Shown piece after piece: positions 40,889 to 50,604 of a stretch of 64,000 bases of DNA. Origin of the DNA: a virus; the IMG/VR virus record IMGVR_UViG_3300047311_000323, positions 96,001 through 160,000 of that record, one strand, 5' to 3'. The notes beneath the pieces were generated by a model. That model did not search any database. It was given only the letters and a program-made list of their open reading frames with translations, and was not told the origin of the DNA. The first letter of the stretch is position 1, and every line of letters begins with the position of its first letter. A program made the position numbers and the translations under genes.

Positions 40889-41484
40889 ATGATATGATCG
40901 ATGATCCCGTATTCTTTGGCCGCCTTAGCGTCCATCCAAGTTTCGGTTTGACAGTCTGCCTTCACTTTTTCAAAAGTTTGGCCGGTATGCTTCGCCATAA
41001 CTTTTATCATTGCATCGTTTTCTGAGTCCACAAATTCCAAATAATTCTTGCTGTTAGTAAAGTCAAACCCTGGAATTGGGAATGTAAACTGCGAGCCGTG
41101 AATCATAACCTTGGAACTACGGAGAGCGTAACGCTTTCCCTTACTACCAGCCGCTAAAATCCATGCTCCAGCAGAATAAGCTTTGCCAATCAAAATGGTT
41201 TTGACTGGTGAGCGTACCATTTGCATAACATCATAGATGTTAGCCATACCAGTATTGGCTCCGCCATTGGTATGAATGTAGATACTGATTTCTGACTCGG
41301 GGTCTTGGTTATCGTAGTACAGCATCATAGCTGATAGCTCGGCTCCCAATCTATCCGTCACGCCTTCAGAAATGAAAATGGTTCGGCTCTTAGCTAGCTT
41401 GACATAACTTTCACCATAACCCATTGGCATTTGCATGCGGAAATGCTCGTGCTCATGATTATCTTGTTGGTCTTTCTTATTCAT
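40885..41484 (-). CDS. clpP: ClpP protease subunit (catalytic Ser and His retained)
   Basis: RTIFISEGV, IYIHTNGG, GKAYSAG (Ser), MIHG (His) and AKEYGIIDHI. Confidence 0.88.
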   Translation of the reverse strand: MNKKDQQDNHEHEHFRMQMPMGYGESYVKLAKSRTIFISEGVTDRLGAELSAMMLYYDNQDPESEISIYIHTNGGANTGMANIYDVMQMVRSPVKTILIGKAYSAGAWILAAGSKGKRYALRSSKVMIHGSQFTFPIPGFDFTNSKNYLEFVDSENDAMIKVMAKHTGQTFEKVKADCQTETWMDAKAAKEYGIIDHII

Positions 41485-41495
41485 GATAGCTTACC

Positions 41496-42086
41496 TTACT
41501 TATTAAACGAAATGATCTTATCAATGAAACCATACTTCATAGCATTCTTGGCATTTAAGAAAACTCGACGATCAAAATCCTTCTTGATTTGAGCAACTGT
41601 TTTCTTGGTAGTCTTTGCTAGAATTTCCATTAAGCGTTGATTGTCCAACTTCTCTTGCTCGAAAACGGCATGAGCGCCCGGCAAATCCGTATGCATATGG
41701 AAACTATGAACTAATTGAGTGGCAGAAATTACAGCGTGTGGAGTGGCGAATCTCATGCCAGGCGTTCCACCGGCCAATAAGATTACAGCCTCATCCATTG
41801 CTGCACCAATACATACTGTTTCAATTGGCGCATGAATCATATCCATAACATCGTAAATCATAAGAGAGTTACGAATATCGCCACCGTGAGTATTGATGAA
41901 TAGCGTAATTTTGCTTTCTGAATCTTCGTGATCTTTCAATAGTAAAGTGGCCACAATATCTGAAGCCAAATTATCATCGAGGTAGTCTGTCAAAAACAGA
42001 ATACGATCGCTTGATAGTTTTTGGTACACATCAACCGGCACTTCGCCATGTTCAGTCTGTTCAAGTACTAATGTATTCAAAATCAA
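41496..42086 (-). CDS. ClpP-like subunit lacking catalytic residues (ClpR-like)
   Basis: DVYQKLSSDRILFL, FINTHGG and YGFIDKI; nucleophile motif reads GAAMDEA and the MIHQ position reads ISATQ. Confidence 0.82.
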   Translation of the reverse strand: MILNTLVLEQTEHGEVPVDVYQKLSSDRILFLTDYLDDNLASDIVATLLLKDHEDSESKITLFINTHGGDIRNSLMIYDVMDMIHAPIETVCIGAAMDEAVILLAGGTPGMRFATPHAVISATQLVHSFHMHTDLPGAHAVFEQEKLDNQRLMEILAKTTKKTVAQIKKDFDRRVFLNAKNAMKYGFIDKIISFNK

Positions 42087-42436
42087 AACCTCTTTCTTTG
42101 CTTCTCTTCTGCTTCTCGTTCTTCAACGCAAGAAACACAACTTTGAAAATGTGGATTGCTTAATAGTCTTTTCTCGTGGATTGGTTCGCCGCAATCTTGG
42201 CAGAGTCCATAAGTTTTATCTTCGATACGTCTGAGAGCCGTCTCAATTTGAGATAACTTAGCAGAGTTGCGTGTATTGAACTGATTAGCTAAATCCATAA
42301 GTATATGGGCCTGAATCTCGTCCGTCTCATCGCCTTCAGTATCTACTTCGGTCTCTCGGTCAGATGCTTGTTTTAGCAATTCCTTTTGCTGTGCTAAAAG
42401 CAAGTCTTTTATCTTTTTCAAAAACGATTTATTCAT
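42083..42436 (-). CDS. dksA: DksA/TraR C4-type zinc finger protein
   Basis: Coiled coil with GDETDE; ALRRIEDKTYGLCQDCGEPI..KRL...P....CVSC. Confidence 0.88.
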   Translation of the reverse strand: MNKSFLKKIKDLLLAQQKELLKQASDRETEVDTEGDETDEIQAHILMDLANQFNTRNSAKLSQIETALRRIEDKTYGLCQDCGEPIHEKRLLSNPHFQSCVSCVEEREAEEKQRKRF

Positions 42437-42822
42437 TATAGGATCCTCAAATCGGAAACAGGTACTACAATAGTTCCCTGTGGTTTGGGCTGCTTTTGAT
42501 CATCCACCCTTTTATGGAAGATCAGATAAGCATGGTTTTCCGGCTCCTTCAACCAGAAAGCGGTAACTTCCCAGTCGTTATAAATCGCTTTTTTAGACTG
42601 GTCTGCAAACCTTAGATTGCGCGTGTTTTCCATCACCTGCGCTCTTTTGGGCCTGTATGGCCCATGGATATTCTTAGCTTTGAATTTCATCAGTTCAAGA
42701 AACAAAGAAGCCGCTTCATTGTGGGAAGCAGCCTTAATTTCCTTTGAGACTGGATCGTTTGGCTTATTTGGATCTATCCCAACGCAAACGTACACTACCG
42801 GTCGAGGACCTCTTTTACCCAT
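42436..42822 (-). CDS. hypothetical protein
   Basis: ORF in operon-like run. Confidence 0.65.
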   Translation of the reverse strand: MGKRGPRPVVYVCVGIDPNKPNDPVSKEIKAASHNEAASLFLELMKFKAKNIHGPYRPKRAQVMENTRNLRFADQSKKAIYNDWEVTAFWLKEPENHAYLIFHKRVDDQKQPKPQGTIVVPVSDLRIL

Positions 42823-42823
42823 C

Positions 42824-43150
42824 TTAATCCCCCTTCAGTTTCTTGTCAAGGTCCAGGGACTCGCACAATTTTTTGCGAATAGGCTTGGCCAAAAATAATC
42901 TCATCACTCGGTGTCCCGGAGATTCCATTACACGATGGAATCGTACATCATGATATTTGCGTGGTGGTGTATCCTTCAACATCAATCTTCCAAAATTGCC
43001 AATCTTAATCTCTTTGCCAGCTTTCAAATCTTTAGTCATCTCATCAAATAGAATGCTAATTACGCTAAATACATGATAATGATGAATCAACCTCTTGATT
43101 TTACGATTCACATAATGCCAGAGGTCACGCTTACTTATACTTAGCGACAT
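42824..43150 (-). CDS. HU/IHF-like DNA-binding protein
   Basis: LKAGKEIKIGNFGRL and arm region followed by F.....I. Confidence 0.7.
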   Translation of the reverse strand: MSLSISKRDLWHYVNRKIKRLIHHYHVFSVISILFDEMTKDLKAGKEIKIGNFGRLMLKDTPPRKYHDVRFHRVMESPGHRVMRLFLAKPIRKKLCESLDLDKKLKGD

Positions 43151-43527
43151 TACTTCCTCGTCAATTTTCTTTGATACTTAATTAGCTTATCCCAATGTCT
43201 GGCCTCTAAGTCCCAGTATTCAATATCTGGGCGCGCATTGCCAATAGAAGGAAAAGTATACTTCATCCGCATCTTCTCATTCAATGAAGAGTGAGTCATG
43301 CGAATATCCTGATTCAGATCGTCACCATACATAGTCTCATAGTCTTCATAACAGGTGCGACATATATTGTGTATAGCATTGTCTAATGCTAAAGTAATTA
43401 GCGTTAGGGAGTTCATGACATCTTTCTTGAAATAGATTTGTCCACAAATAGTAAACTTGTTACCACTGGACGGAGTATAGTCTACTAAATGTAGTTTACT
43501 CTTTCTATCTTGAACTAAAAGAATCAT
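43150..43527 (-). CDS. hypothetical protein
   Basis: ORF; H...CG...C..C. Confidence 0.6.
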   Translation of the reverse strand: MILLVQDRKSKLHLVDYTPSSGNKFTICGQIYFKKDVMNSLTLITLALDNAIHNICRTCYEDYETMYGDDLNQDIRMTHSSLNEKMRMKYTFPSIGNARPDIEYWDLEARHWDKLIKYQRKLTRK

Positions 43528-43997
43528 TTACCCTCACGCAATACGAATGTCATGTACTCATCGAAACGCTCACCACGACTTACTTGATTGCTGGCTCTGC
43601 TAAGAACTTTGCACTCCAATAACTGTTTGATAGAGAATCTCATCGTTGGGTCATTTTCTCCAGAACCTAGGGCTTGCATTTTCTCGCCAATTTCTATCGG
43701 TTGCTTCTTGACAAGATCACAGATGAATTTACACATCCTAGGATACTCTAGCTTGAAAAATGGTAATAGGCTAGCGTTTTCAGATGTGGTTTTGGTTTGC
43801 TTTTCGAATGTCAGAATAACATCCAGTAGTTTGGATCTTAGAATCTTCTTGGCTTCAATCGCCCTAATCTCTTGATCTATTTGTTCAATTTTCTTTTTCG
43901 CATCCCGGATTATTTCATCTGGAGTTTCAATGCCATGTTGAACACACTCGGAAATGAATTCGGCAACAAATGTTTGATCACTCTTCTTGCCCCTCAT
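43524..43997 (-). CDS. hypothetical protein
   Basis: ORF in operon-like run. Confidence 0.65.
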   Translation of the reverse strand: MRGKKSDQTFVAEFISECVQHGIETPDEIIRDAKKKIEQIDQEIRAIEAKKILRSKLLDVILTFEKQTKTTSENASLLPFFKLEYPRMCKFICDLVKKQPIEIGEKMQALGSGENDPTMRFSIKQLLECKVLSRASNQVSRGERFDEYMTFVLREGK

Positions 43998-44535
43998 CGT
44001 CCTCCCAATAGATATTTTGATGGAATTTGATAAATGATAATAGCTGTTTGTGCTGTTCGGAATAATTGGCAGCCTTAGTCCAGCCGAAACCTAAATCTCT
44101 GATTTGCTCCATGCCTGCTAAAAACGTGGCCTGCAAGTAAATGCTACACGGCATCCAATTGTCTTTATCGGTACTAACCGCAATCATCACTTCTGGATCA
44201 ACCTTCTCTTCAGCTTTCTTGGAGTAAACCATGTACACTCCGAAAGCGGGAGAATCTTTCAATTGAACTAGCAATGCGTATTCTGGGAAATCTTTTTCCT
44301 GAGTACAATCGGCCAACATCAAACGAAGCTCTTTAGAATCTGCTACCATAACTTGGCAGCCATATATGTTGTTTCGAATAACTTTGTTATCGATTTCGAA
44401 AGAAACTTTCTCTGGCAACATATGAGAATTGTCAATAAGCGATTTCGTTATATCTTGATTAACAAAATCGGATGGTAGTACACCAAGATTGGCTAGAATG
44501 TGAAAAACTATTTGTTCAGTTAGTTTTGAATTCAT
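43978..44535 (-). CDS. hypothetical protein
   Basis: ORF in operon-like run. Confidence 0.65.
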   Translation of the reverse strand: MNSKLTEQIVFHILANLGVLPSDFVNQDITKSLIDNSHMLPEKVSFEIDNKVIRNNIYGCQVMVADSKELRLMLADCTQEKDFPEYALLVQLKDSPAFGVYMVYSKKAEEKVDPEVMIAVSTDKDNWMPCSIYLQATFLAGMEQIRDLGFGWTKAANYSEQHKQLLSFIKFHQNIYWEDDEGQEE

Positions 44536-44876
44536 CTGCCATCAATCTTTTTGCTAATAGCCTGATTCATAACAGTACGAATGTCGGGGGTGGCACTAAG
44601 GTCCAATACTGGTAACTCTTTAGTAACTTTCTCGATATGAGCTTCGAAATTGAAGAAGTTGCCCGCTAGCCTGCGTTTAGCTAACTCTTCCATGCAAATA
44701 GTGGAAATCTTCTTCTCAAATCCAAAATAACGATCACAGACGATCATTTCACAGAGCTTCTCATTACTGTATTGAGGTAGGTTGGCCTTTATCTGATCGA
44801 TATCTAGCTTGACCTCCTCTGTATCTTCTCCGGAGTTCTCCTCCATCAAAAATTCTTCTAATTCTTTATTTGACAT
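44532..44876 (-). CDS. hypothetical protein
   Basis: ORF in operon-like run. Confidence 0.65.
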   Translation of the reverse strand: MSNKELEEFLMEENSGEDTEEVKLDIDQIKANLPQYSNEKLCEMIVCDRYFGFEKKISTICMEELAKRRLAGNFFNFEAHIEKVTKELPVLDLSATPDIRTVMNQAISKKIDGR

Positions 44877-45216
44877 TTTTCCTCAGCTTGGGTGGCGTGG
44901 ACATGCGAACTTTCAAGGAAGGTAATATACGACCGTCTCGATGATGATCAAAGAAATGCAATTTGGTATCGAAAAATAAACTATTGAAATTCAGAATCTT
45001 TCCGAGCACTAACAGGTCGCGGAAACTTCCAAAAACTGCTTTGATGATGATCCCCACCTCTGACTTGTCTAAGACTGGGTACCTGGCGTACACTCTGTTA
45101 ACCAGATCCTCATTATGCTTTAGACTAATAGGATGGTTCTCATTGAGATAATCTACCATCTGTTGATGAGTCATATCCTTGAAGTAAAAGGGAACGATTG
45201 TCTTCTGTTTTTTCAT
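44866..45216 (-). CDS. divergent HU/IHF-like protein
   Basis: LDKSEVGIIIKAVFGSFRDLLVLGKILNF pattern resembles the HU helix plus beta strands. Confidence 0.45.
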   Translation of the reverse strand: MKKQKTIVPFYFKDMTHQQMVDYLNENHPISLKHNEDLVNRVYARYPVLDKSEVGIIIKAVFGSFRDLLVLGKILNFNSLFFDTKLHFFDHHRDGRILPSLKVRMSTPPKLRKNVK

Positions 45217-45234
45217 CTGAAATTCCTACGATCG

Positions 45235-45243
45235 TATATATCA
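45235..45243 (-). promoter_or_regulatory. TGATATATA recurrent motif
   Basis: Exact copy 18 nt before ATG 45216, at the head of a long minus-strand run. Confidence 0.45.
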
Positions 45244-45401
45244 TAACTCCCCCTATAGATCCCCCATCGCGTTGTCGAGATCAAGTTCGAAATTGATATT
45301 CTTTGGGGAATTGCCTTAAAAATACTATTTCAAGAAAAGCTACCAATAAAAACATATCTTTGTGCGGTTTATGGCTATTCCGTTACCTCTAGGATCTACT
45401 A

Positions 45402-45854
45402 ATGGATAAATGTAGTAAAGTCGGGGCTTTGTACGTTGCTACTCTCAAGGCATTGTCCCTAATTCACCAACACAATCACTGGACTACCAAGGGCGCATCA
45501 TTCTATGGTGAGCATTTGCTTTTCGAAAGATTGTACAAATCCACTCTAGAAAACCTAGATTTGGCTGCCGAGAAATTCATCGGAGTCTTTGGTGATCAAT
45601 GTCTTGGCTACGATTTGCAGGCATCGCTATTGAACAAGGTTCTACTAAAATATAGGAATCTAGAAGGCTCCCCCGCTCAGATGTCGCTTGAAGCCGAGAA
45701 GGATTTTCTTAAGTTCTCCAAGGACGCTTACAATTGCTTTGAGGAAGAGGGTAAGCTGACGTTGGGATTAGACGATATGGTTATGGCAATTGCTAGCGCT
45801 CGTGAAGAAGCAGTCTATTTGTTGCAACAAAGTTTGGATGGAAAGCATGAATGA
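45402..45854 (+). CDS. Dps/ferritin-like protein
   Basis: HW..KG..FYGEHLLFE.LY.......D..AE ferroxidase residues. Confidence 0.8.
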   Translation: MDKCSKVGALYVATLKALSLIHQHNHWTTKGASFYGEHLLFERLYKSTLENLDLAAEKFIGVFGDQCLGYDLQASLLNKVLLKYRNLEGSPAQMSLEAEKDFLKFSKDAYNCFEEEGKLTLGLDDMVMAIASAREEAVYLLQQSLDGKHE

Positions 45855-46233
45855 TAAAGAAAAACTCATCCTTGGCAGACTTTTGAAGATTGCCAGCAGT
45901 CAGCAGAAGATTCTAGAGCGTCTTGCTCAAGTTGACCCAGCCGGAGATGCCGATAAAGCACTAAGTGATTTCATCAAATACCAGCTCGTTAGCTGGGGTA
46001 TGCCAAACGAAGTGGCTGCCAGTGAACATCACCATGCCGAGAGAGCTAGTAATTCAAAAAGTTATAATGTGACTGTAACTTTGAACTTACAAGATAAGAC
46101 CAAGAAGTCTATAGCCGAAGACCCAGCACGTGGGTTCGCGGCTTTTTTGACGAAGAAGTTCGCTGAAGTGTCGGCCAATCCACAATCGCCACTAAACGGA
46201 ACTACTGCCACTTTTACTGTTACCGCAGACTAA
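45847..46233 (+). CDS. hypothetical protein with LLKIA..QQKI...LAQ leader
   Basis: ATG 45847 overlapping the dps stop. Confidence 0.65.
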   Translation: MNDKEKLILGRLLKIASSQQKILERLAQVDPAGDADKALSDFIKYQLVSWGMPNEVAASEHHHAERASNSKSYNVTVTLNLQDKTKKSIAEDPARGFAAFLTKKFAEVSANPQSPLNGTTATFTVTAD

Positions 46234-46266
46234 TAATACAGTATTTAAGCTATACGAGGAGCTGTT

Positions 46267-46686
46267 ATGGATTCCAAAAAGGTTCTACAAAAATTACTAA
46301 AAATTGCTGAAAATCAGCAGAAAATCATCATGAAATTGGCTCAGGCGCAACAAGGATTGCCACCTGATTCGCTTCCTAACAGTCAGGTATCTGTTACCGA
46401 CAATTCGAAGCCGGCGCCATCTACTGATACACCACCAGCAGGTAGCAAGCCAAATGAGCCTAGCCGCACTCCAAGCAAGGCATTGTTTGATGCCGTGAAT
46501 GCCACCCCAGCTCTAAGAGGCGTACTAAGGCACGTCAACCCACCAAGTGGTAACGAGTTAAAGCTTATCTTTAGCCCAGGCAAACTAAACCAGGCCAACT
46601 TTGATGCAATCACTAAGATTTATCAAGGGCTTCTAAACAGCAATACGATTTTTACTAACTACAAGCTCACTTACGGCCAAGGTTAA
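46267..46686 (+). CDS. hypothetical protein with LLKIA..QQKI...LAQ leader
   Basis: GGAG SD; leader shared with the upstream gene. Confidence 0.7.
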   Translation: MDSKKVLQKLLKIAENQQKIIMKLAQAQQGLPPDSLPNSQVSVTDNSKPAPSTDTPPAGSKPNEPSRTPSKALFDAVNATPALRGVLRHVNPPSGNELKLIFSPGKLNQANFDAITKIYQGLLNSNTIFTNYKLTYGQG

Positions 46687-46994
46687 TCCTTACTAGGATC
46701 CCTTCGGACATAAAAGTCCAAGCTTCTGTATTGTAAAGCCATATTCAATGACTCGTATACGTTGATATTGTCTTTTAGAGATAGCGCAGTTAACGTCAAT
46801 AAAATCTCGCCTAACGTGCGAGATTTTACTTTTTGGCGATCTTCTTCTGGTATTTCTGTCTTGGCATCAATAACTTTGTAAAGACTAATCTTCATCATCA
46901 ATTCTTCGATGATCTGCTGAACGCTAGCATTAGCGCTTCCGTCTTTTTGAAATTCCTCAGATTGTTCCCAGAGTTTCTCGAAGTGAACAGACAT
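46683..46994 (-). CDS. hypothetical protein, possibly MazG-like helical fold
   Basis: IIEELM...LGEILLTL..L.....I...E.L pattern. Confidence 0.45.
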   Translation of the reverse strand: MSVHFEKLWEQSEEFQKDGSANASVQQIIEELMMKISLYKVIDAKTEIPEEDRQKVKSRTLGEILLTLTALSLKDNINVYESLNMALQYRSLDFYVRRDPSKD

Positions 46995-46995
46995 C

Positions 46996-47190
46996 TTAAT
47001 CTTCCAATTCTTTGTTATCCATTAATGCAATCTGAAGTTGCTCATCACCCTTATCAGAGATAAAGACAAGAAACACCGCGCCCATAGAGCAGTCAATCAA
47101 AACCGGAGCTTTGATCTTGCCAACATAAAAAACCTGGCCATCAATATCTTTTCTAGCCTTCAAGTCAATCGTAACGTTCTTGTTAGACAT
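46996..47190 (-). CDS. small hypothetical protein
   Basis: GGAG SD before ATG 47190. Confidence 0.65.
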   Translation of the reverse strand: MSNKNVTIDLKARKDIDGQVFYVGKIKAPVLIDCSMGAVFLVFISDKGDEQLQIALMDNKELED

Positions 47191-48031
47191 TGTTTCTCCG
47201 CATATCTTTGACATATTCAGCCATAGTTCGTTCGAGCGCCTCTTCGGTGTCACTCATCTTGAATCCAGCAGCCCTAAGCTTATCCGTATTAAGGATACAG
47301 TTAGAGCGCTTAGCTACTGTCATTTGGTCCAGTTGGCCCTCAGTGATAATTTCAAACTGATGCTCTGGTACATATTTCTGGTATTCTTGCATAATACGTG
47401 CCGCAGTCAATGGCTGCGGATTAGCAACATGAAAAATACCGCCAGGTCTATTAGTCGCGACCCAATCAATACAGCGGGTTAGATCGCTCATAAGAGTCAT
47501 GGAGTTAGGGATATCAATTACTTGTTTGTATCCCCTAAGTTTATTAATCAGATTGCGAGGAACGTCCTTGTCAGAGACAGGCATTCTAATGCGCAATGTA
47601 GTGACGTGAGGCATAGGGGCCAACATTAGGTCACAAGAGTACTTAGTTTTAGAGTAGAATGATGCTGGGTTAGCAAAATCCGTTTCTTTCCATCCTGGGT
47701 CCACAGCATATGATGTGTGACCTTTGTATGGCGAAGGGCCAAAATAGATACATCCAGATCCAACCTGAATCATGTGGATACCTAAATCGGCACACGCTTC
47801 TGCTATGAGAAGTGGGAGCGTTACGTTACCAGAGACCGTCTCAATCTTATGAGACTCGCACCAATCTACGTTTGGTCTACCAGTTTTACCCAAGCAGTTT
47901 ACCACAACGTCTGGCTTGTAATTCTCCAGGACTGAAATGATATAGCCTTTGCTTAAGCTAAAACGCTCAGTAGTTTTCTGATACGGTAGATGGTCGGCCA
48001 CAAAGCCAGAGCCAAGTGTCAATACTTTCAT
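47183..48031 (-). CDS. NDP-4-keto-6-deoxyglucose 3,5-epimerase/4-reductase (NRS/ER type; RmlD substrate-binding family)
   Basis: GSGFVA, KPDVVVNCLGKTGRPNVDWCESHK, SGCIY, SFYSKTK, LRIRMP and RSNCIL. Confidence 0.85.
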   Translation of the reverse strand: MKVLTLGSGFVADHLPYQKTTERFSLSKGYIISVLENYKPDVVVNCLGKTGRPNVDWCESHKIETVSGNVTLPLLIAEACADLGIHMIQVGSGCIYFGPSPYKGHTSYAVDPGWKETDFANPASFYSKTKYSCDLMLAPMPHVTTLRIRMPVSDKDVPRNLINKLRGYKQVIDIPNSMTLMSDLTRCIDWVATNRPGGIFHVANPQPLTAARIMQEYQKYVPEHQFEIITEGQLDQMTVAKRSNCILNTDKLRAAGFKMSDTEEALERTMAEYVKDMRRNNV

Positions 48032-48072
48032 TCTTCCTCAAATCGTTAATACAGTAATCGTGTGTTACTATA

Positions 48073-48810
48073 TCATTGATTTTGAGTCTTCGTGTAGAAG
48101 TAATTGTTTACAAAGGCAATGGACTCATGAGTTCCCGCATCAGACCATAGGCCACCAATTTTTGAATAAGACAAGTTGCCATCTGCTAGATAGTGGCGGA
48201 TGATGTCAGTAATCTCATACTCACCACGGGCGCTTGGCTTCAACCTTTCGAAGTATTCGAAATACTGTGGCGTAAATAGATAACAGCCAGAGATAGCCAG
48301 ATTCTTGTAGTTAGGATCCAGTTCTTTAGGTTTTTCCTCAATTTTTGCAATAGAGCCGTCCTCGTCAATAGAACAAACACCAAAACGCTTTAGTTCTCGG
48401 TGGTGGGATAATAGAATTTGCGCTCTTGGATTAGTCTTCCAATCTGGATTAGACCAGTGTGGCGTATTCTCAAAGATATTATCCCCAAGGATTACCGAGA
48501 AATCGGAGTCGTCATAGACGAATCTTTTGCACAAACTGATAGCGTGGGCGATGCCTTTAGGCTCGCTCTGATACACGTAGTTGAGATTCAGCCCATATCG
48601 GCTGCCATCTCCGAGATAACCCGCGACTTGAGCATAATGGTTGCCGCCCAAAATGACAGTTACGTCCTGGCAGCCCATATTCTTCAATGATTCGATAGGG
48701 TAATCGATGATGAATTTTCCGTTGACACCCAGCAAATGCTTATTTACAACATGCGTTAGTGGCAACAATCGTGAGCCGGTTCCCCCGGCCAGGATGATTC
48801 CGTTCTTCAT
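48073..48810 (-). CDS. rmlA: glucose-1-phosphate thymidylyltransferase
   Basis: GIILAGGTGSRLLPLT..VNKHLL, Q.EPKGIAHA, ILGDNIF, EEKP, PSARGEYEITD and WSDAGT. Confidence 0.92.
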   Translation of the reverse strand: MKNGIILAGGTGSRLLPLTHVVNKHLLGVNGKFIIDYPIESLKNMGCQDVTVILGGNHYAQVAGYLGDGSRYGLNLNYVYQSEPKGIAHAISLCKRFVYDDSDFSVILGDNIFENTPHWSNPDWKTNPRAQILLSHHRELKRFGVCSIDEDGSIAKIEEKPKELDPNYKNLAISGCYLFTPQYFEYFERLKPSARGEYEITDIIRHYLADGNLSYSKIGGLWSDAGTHESIAFVNNYFYTKTQNQ

Positions 48811-48832
48811 AACAGATCATATAACACTTTAA

Positions 48833-48907
48833 TGGTATCCCCGGTTGGACTCGAACCAACATAAGCCGCCTTAGGAGTGCGGTGCCCATCCCTTGGACCA
48901 CGGGGAC
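48833..48907 (-). tRNA. tRNA-Arg(CCT)
   Basis: Cloverleaf GTCCCCG...CGGGGAT-A-CCA; anticodon loop CTCCTAA; T-loop TTCGAGT. Confidence 0.9.
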
Positions 48908-48916
48908 ATCTCCCTA

Positions 48917-49453
48917 TTATGTCTTTTTAGTAGGAGAAACGATCATGCTCATAATCTTACCCTCAAGGGAAACTTGGGGATTTGGAGCTACTTGACCATC
49001 TAACCGCTTGAGAATCCACTCAAGCTTCTCTCTTCCAATATTCGCATGGACAATTTCACGACCACGGAAACGCACAGCAAACTTAACTCGATCACCATCA
49101 GCCAAAAACTCTTTAGCTTGAGCTACTTTGTGATTCAAATCATTTTCATCAGTGTTGGGACGGAAGGTTAGTTCCTTGAGTTCTTGCACTTGCTGACTCT
49201 TTTTGTTAGCTTGTGCTTTCTTCTTTTCCTCATACTTAAACTTACCATAATCCATAATCTTACAGACTGGTGGTAGGGCCTTTGGATTGATCTCTACTAG
49301 ATCAAGACCTTGATCTTGAGCCATCTTTTGGGCTTCAAAAGTATTCATGACACCAGCATTAGTGCCATCGGAAAGGACCACTCGAATCTGTGGGACTCGA
49401 ATGAATTTATTGATACGAACTCGATATTCACGCTGCTGATTATTTGTTTGCAT
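48917..49453 (-). CDS. infC: translation initiation factor IF-3
   Basis: RINKFIRVPQIRVV, GLDLVEI.PKA.PPVCKIMDYGKFKYE.KKK, KELTFRP.TD.ND and RFRGRE; ATG 49453. Confidence 0.95.
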   Translation of the reverse strand: MQTNNQQREYRVRINKFIRVPQIRVVLSDGTNAGVMNTFEAQKMAQDQGLDLVEINPKALPPVCKIMDYGKFKYEEKKKAQANKKSQQVQELKELTFRPNTDENDLNHKVAQAKEFLADGDRVKFAVRFRGREIVHANIGREKLEWILKRLDGQVAPNPQVSLEGKIMSMIVSPTKKT

Positions 49454-49862
49454 TCTCTTTTGTTTTCTCCTGTAATACTTCTTTTGCTGCTTCCAGCAAA
49501 TCTTCCAGTCTGTTATTTGTGTAAAACTCGCCTGGAATCCCACGAGTATTGTAAACTTTGTACCCCATGCCTGTCAAGGTCTCGAAAACTTTTTCATGGG
49601 TTGGGTTAATCATTGTTTTATCCAAGCCAACGCCGATGGCTAAAGCACAAAAATTCCCGTTCTCGTAATTGTAGCTATCTAGAACCATCTCGCCAGGATA
49701 ATCAATTACCCTTTGGATTTGTTCGGCAGTCAATTGTCGTAGACCATTCTTAAGACCAACTTTACGTGGGTCATCAAAATACTCTGAATGCTTAGCCACT
49801 CTATCTTTCTCTGGCTTAGCTAAGTACTCGAATATCTTAGGATCAATTCTACTAGAACTCAT
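49440..49862 (-). CDS. hypothetical protein
   Basis: ORF in operon-like run. Confidence 0.65.
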   Translation of the reverse strand: MSSSRIDPKIFEYLAKPEKDRVAKHSEYFDDPRKVGLKNGLRQLTAEQIQRVIDYPGEMVLDSYNYENGNFCALAIGVGLDKTMINPTHEKVFETLTGMGYKVYNTRGIPGEFYTNNRLEDLLEAAKEVLQEKTKENANK

Positions 49863-50341
49863 TTGGTTTCCGTAGGCTTCATGAATGGACCTTCTAATTT
49901 GGAAACGTCTATGCCGTACCGTTTAAGGCCCGACAAGTCTAGCTTCCAATCTATCTTGCTACGCTCCCGCCAAACTTTGAATGCTTCGGAAATTTTTGCT
50001 TGAGCTTCCTTCTTCTTGAAGCCATTAATCTTCATGAAGTGTTTGAGGGCTTGCTCTTCTTTGCCTTGTACTCTGGCAAATCCAAAATGTTTGACCATGT
50101 GGCAATCAGGGCACAACGCAATCATGCCAGCCAAATGTTGGATGGCAGTCCGCTCATTGTATTCCCAAATCTCATGACATTCTACTGGATGTGCTGGACC
50201 TTCCCCGCCACATATCTGGCAGACATTATAGGCCCGGTCTGCAACCATACCTCGTAAAGCATTCCATTGCTTTGCAGTTAGTACAGCTCGAACGTTATTC
50301 ATCCACGAGGTCCGAGGGACCAATTCAATAGTTAATTTCAT
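49859..50341 (-). CDS. HNH-like nuclease-fold protein
   Basis: CQICG, ECHEIW and LCPDCHMVKH. Confidence 0.7.
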   Translation of the reverse strand: MKLTIELVPRTSWMNNVRAVLTAKQWNALRGMVADRAYNVCQICGGEGPAHPVECHEIWEYNERTAIQHLAGMIALCPDCHMVKHFGFARVQGKEEQALKHFMKINGFKKKEAQAKISEAFKVWRERSKIDWKLDLSGLKRYGIDVSKLEGPFMKPTETK

Positions 50342-50604
50342 CGACGCCTGAATAGTAATTTCTCTGCTCTTTCTTCGCCTAGCTTTTCCTTTAGCACAAT
50401 TTCGGCTCGTTGTAGGAAAGCCTCTCTACGGGTTAGTTTATCTTTACCCCAGTAGGAAATAGATAGAGCACCAATAATGCTGGTAGGAGATAAAGCATCC
50501 AAATCAGCATGATCAAACCACAAATCTACAAATGCAAAATCACCATCACTAAGATGTTCTTCCAGAAGGGCTATTACACCTTCTACCTGCGCTTGGTCAT
50601 TCAT
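50338..50604 (-). CDS. hypothetical protein
   Basis: ORF overlapping both neighbours. Confidence 0.6.
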   Translation of the reverse strand: MNDQAQVEGVIALLEEHLSDGDFAFVDLWFDHADLDALSPTSIIGALSISYWGKDKLTRREAFLQRAEIVLKEKLGEERAEKLLFRRR

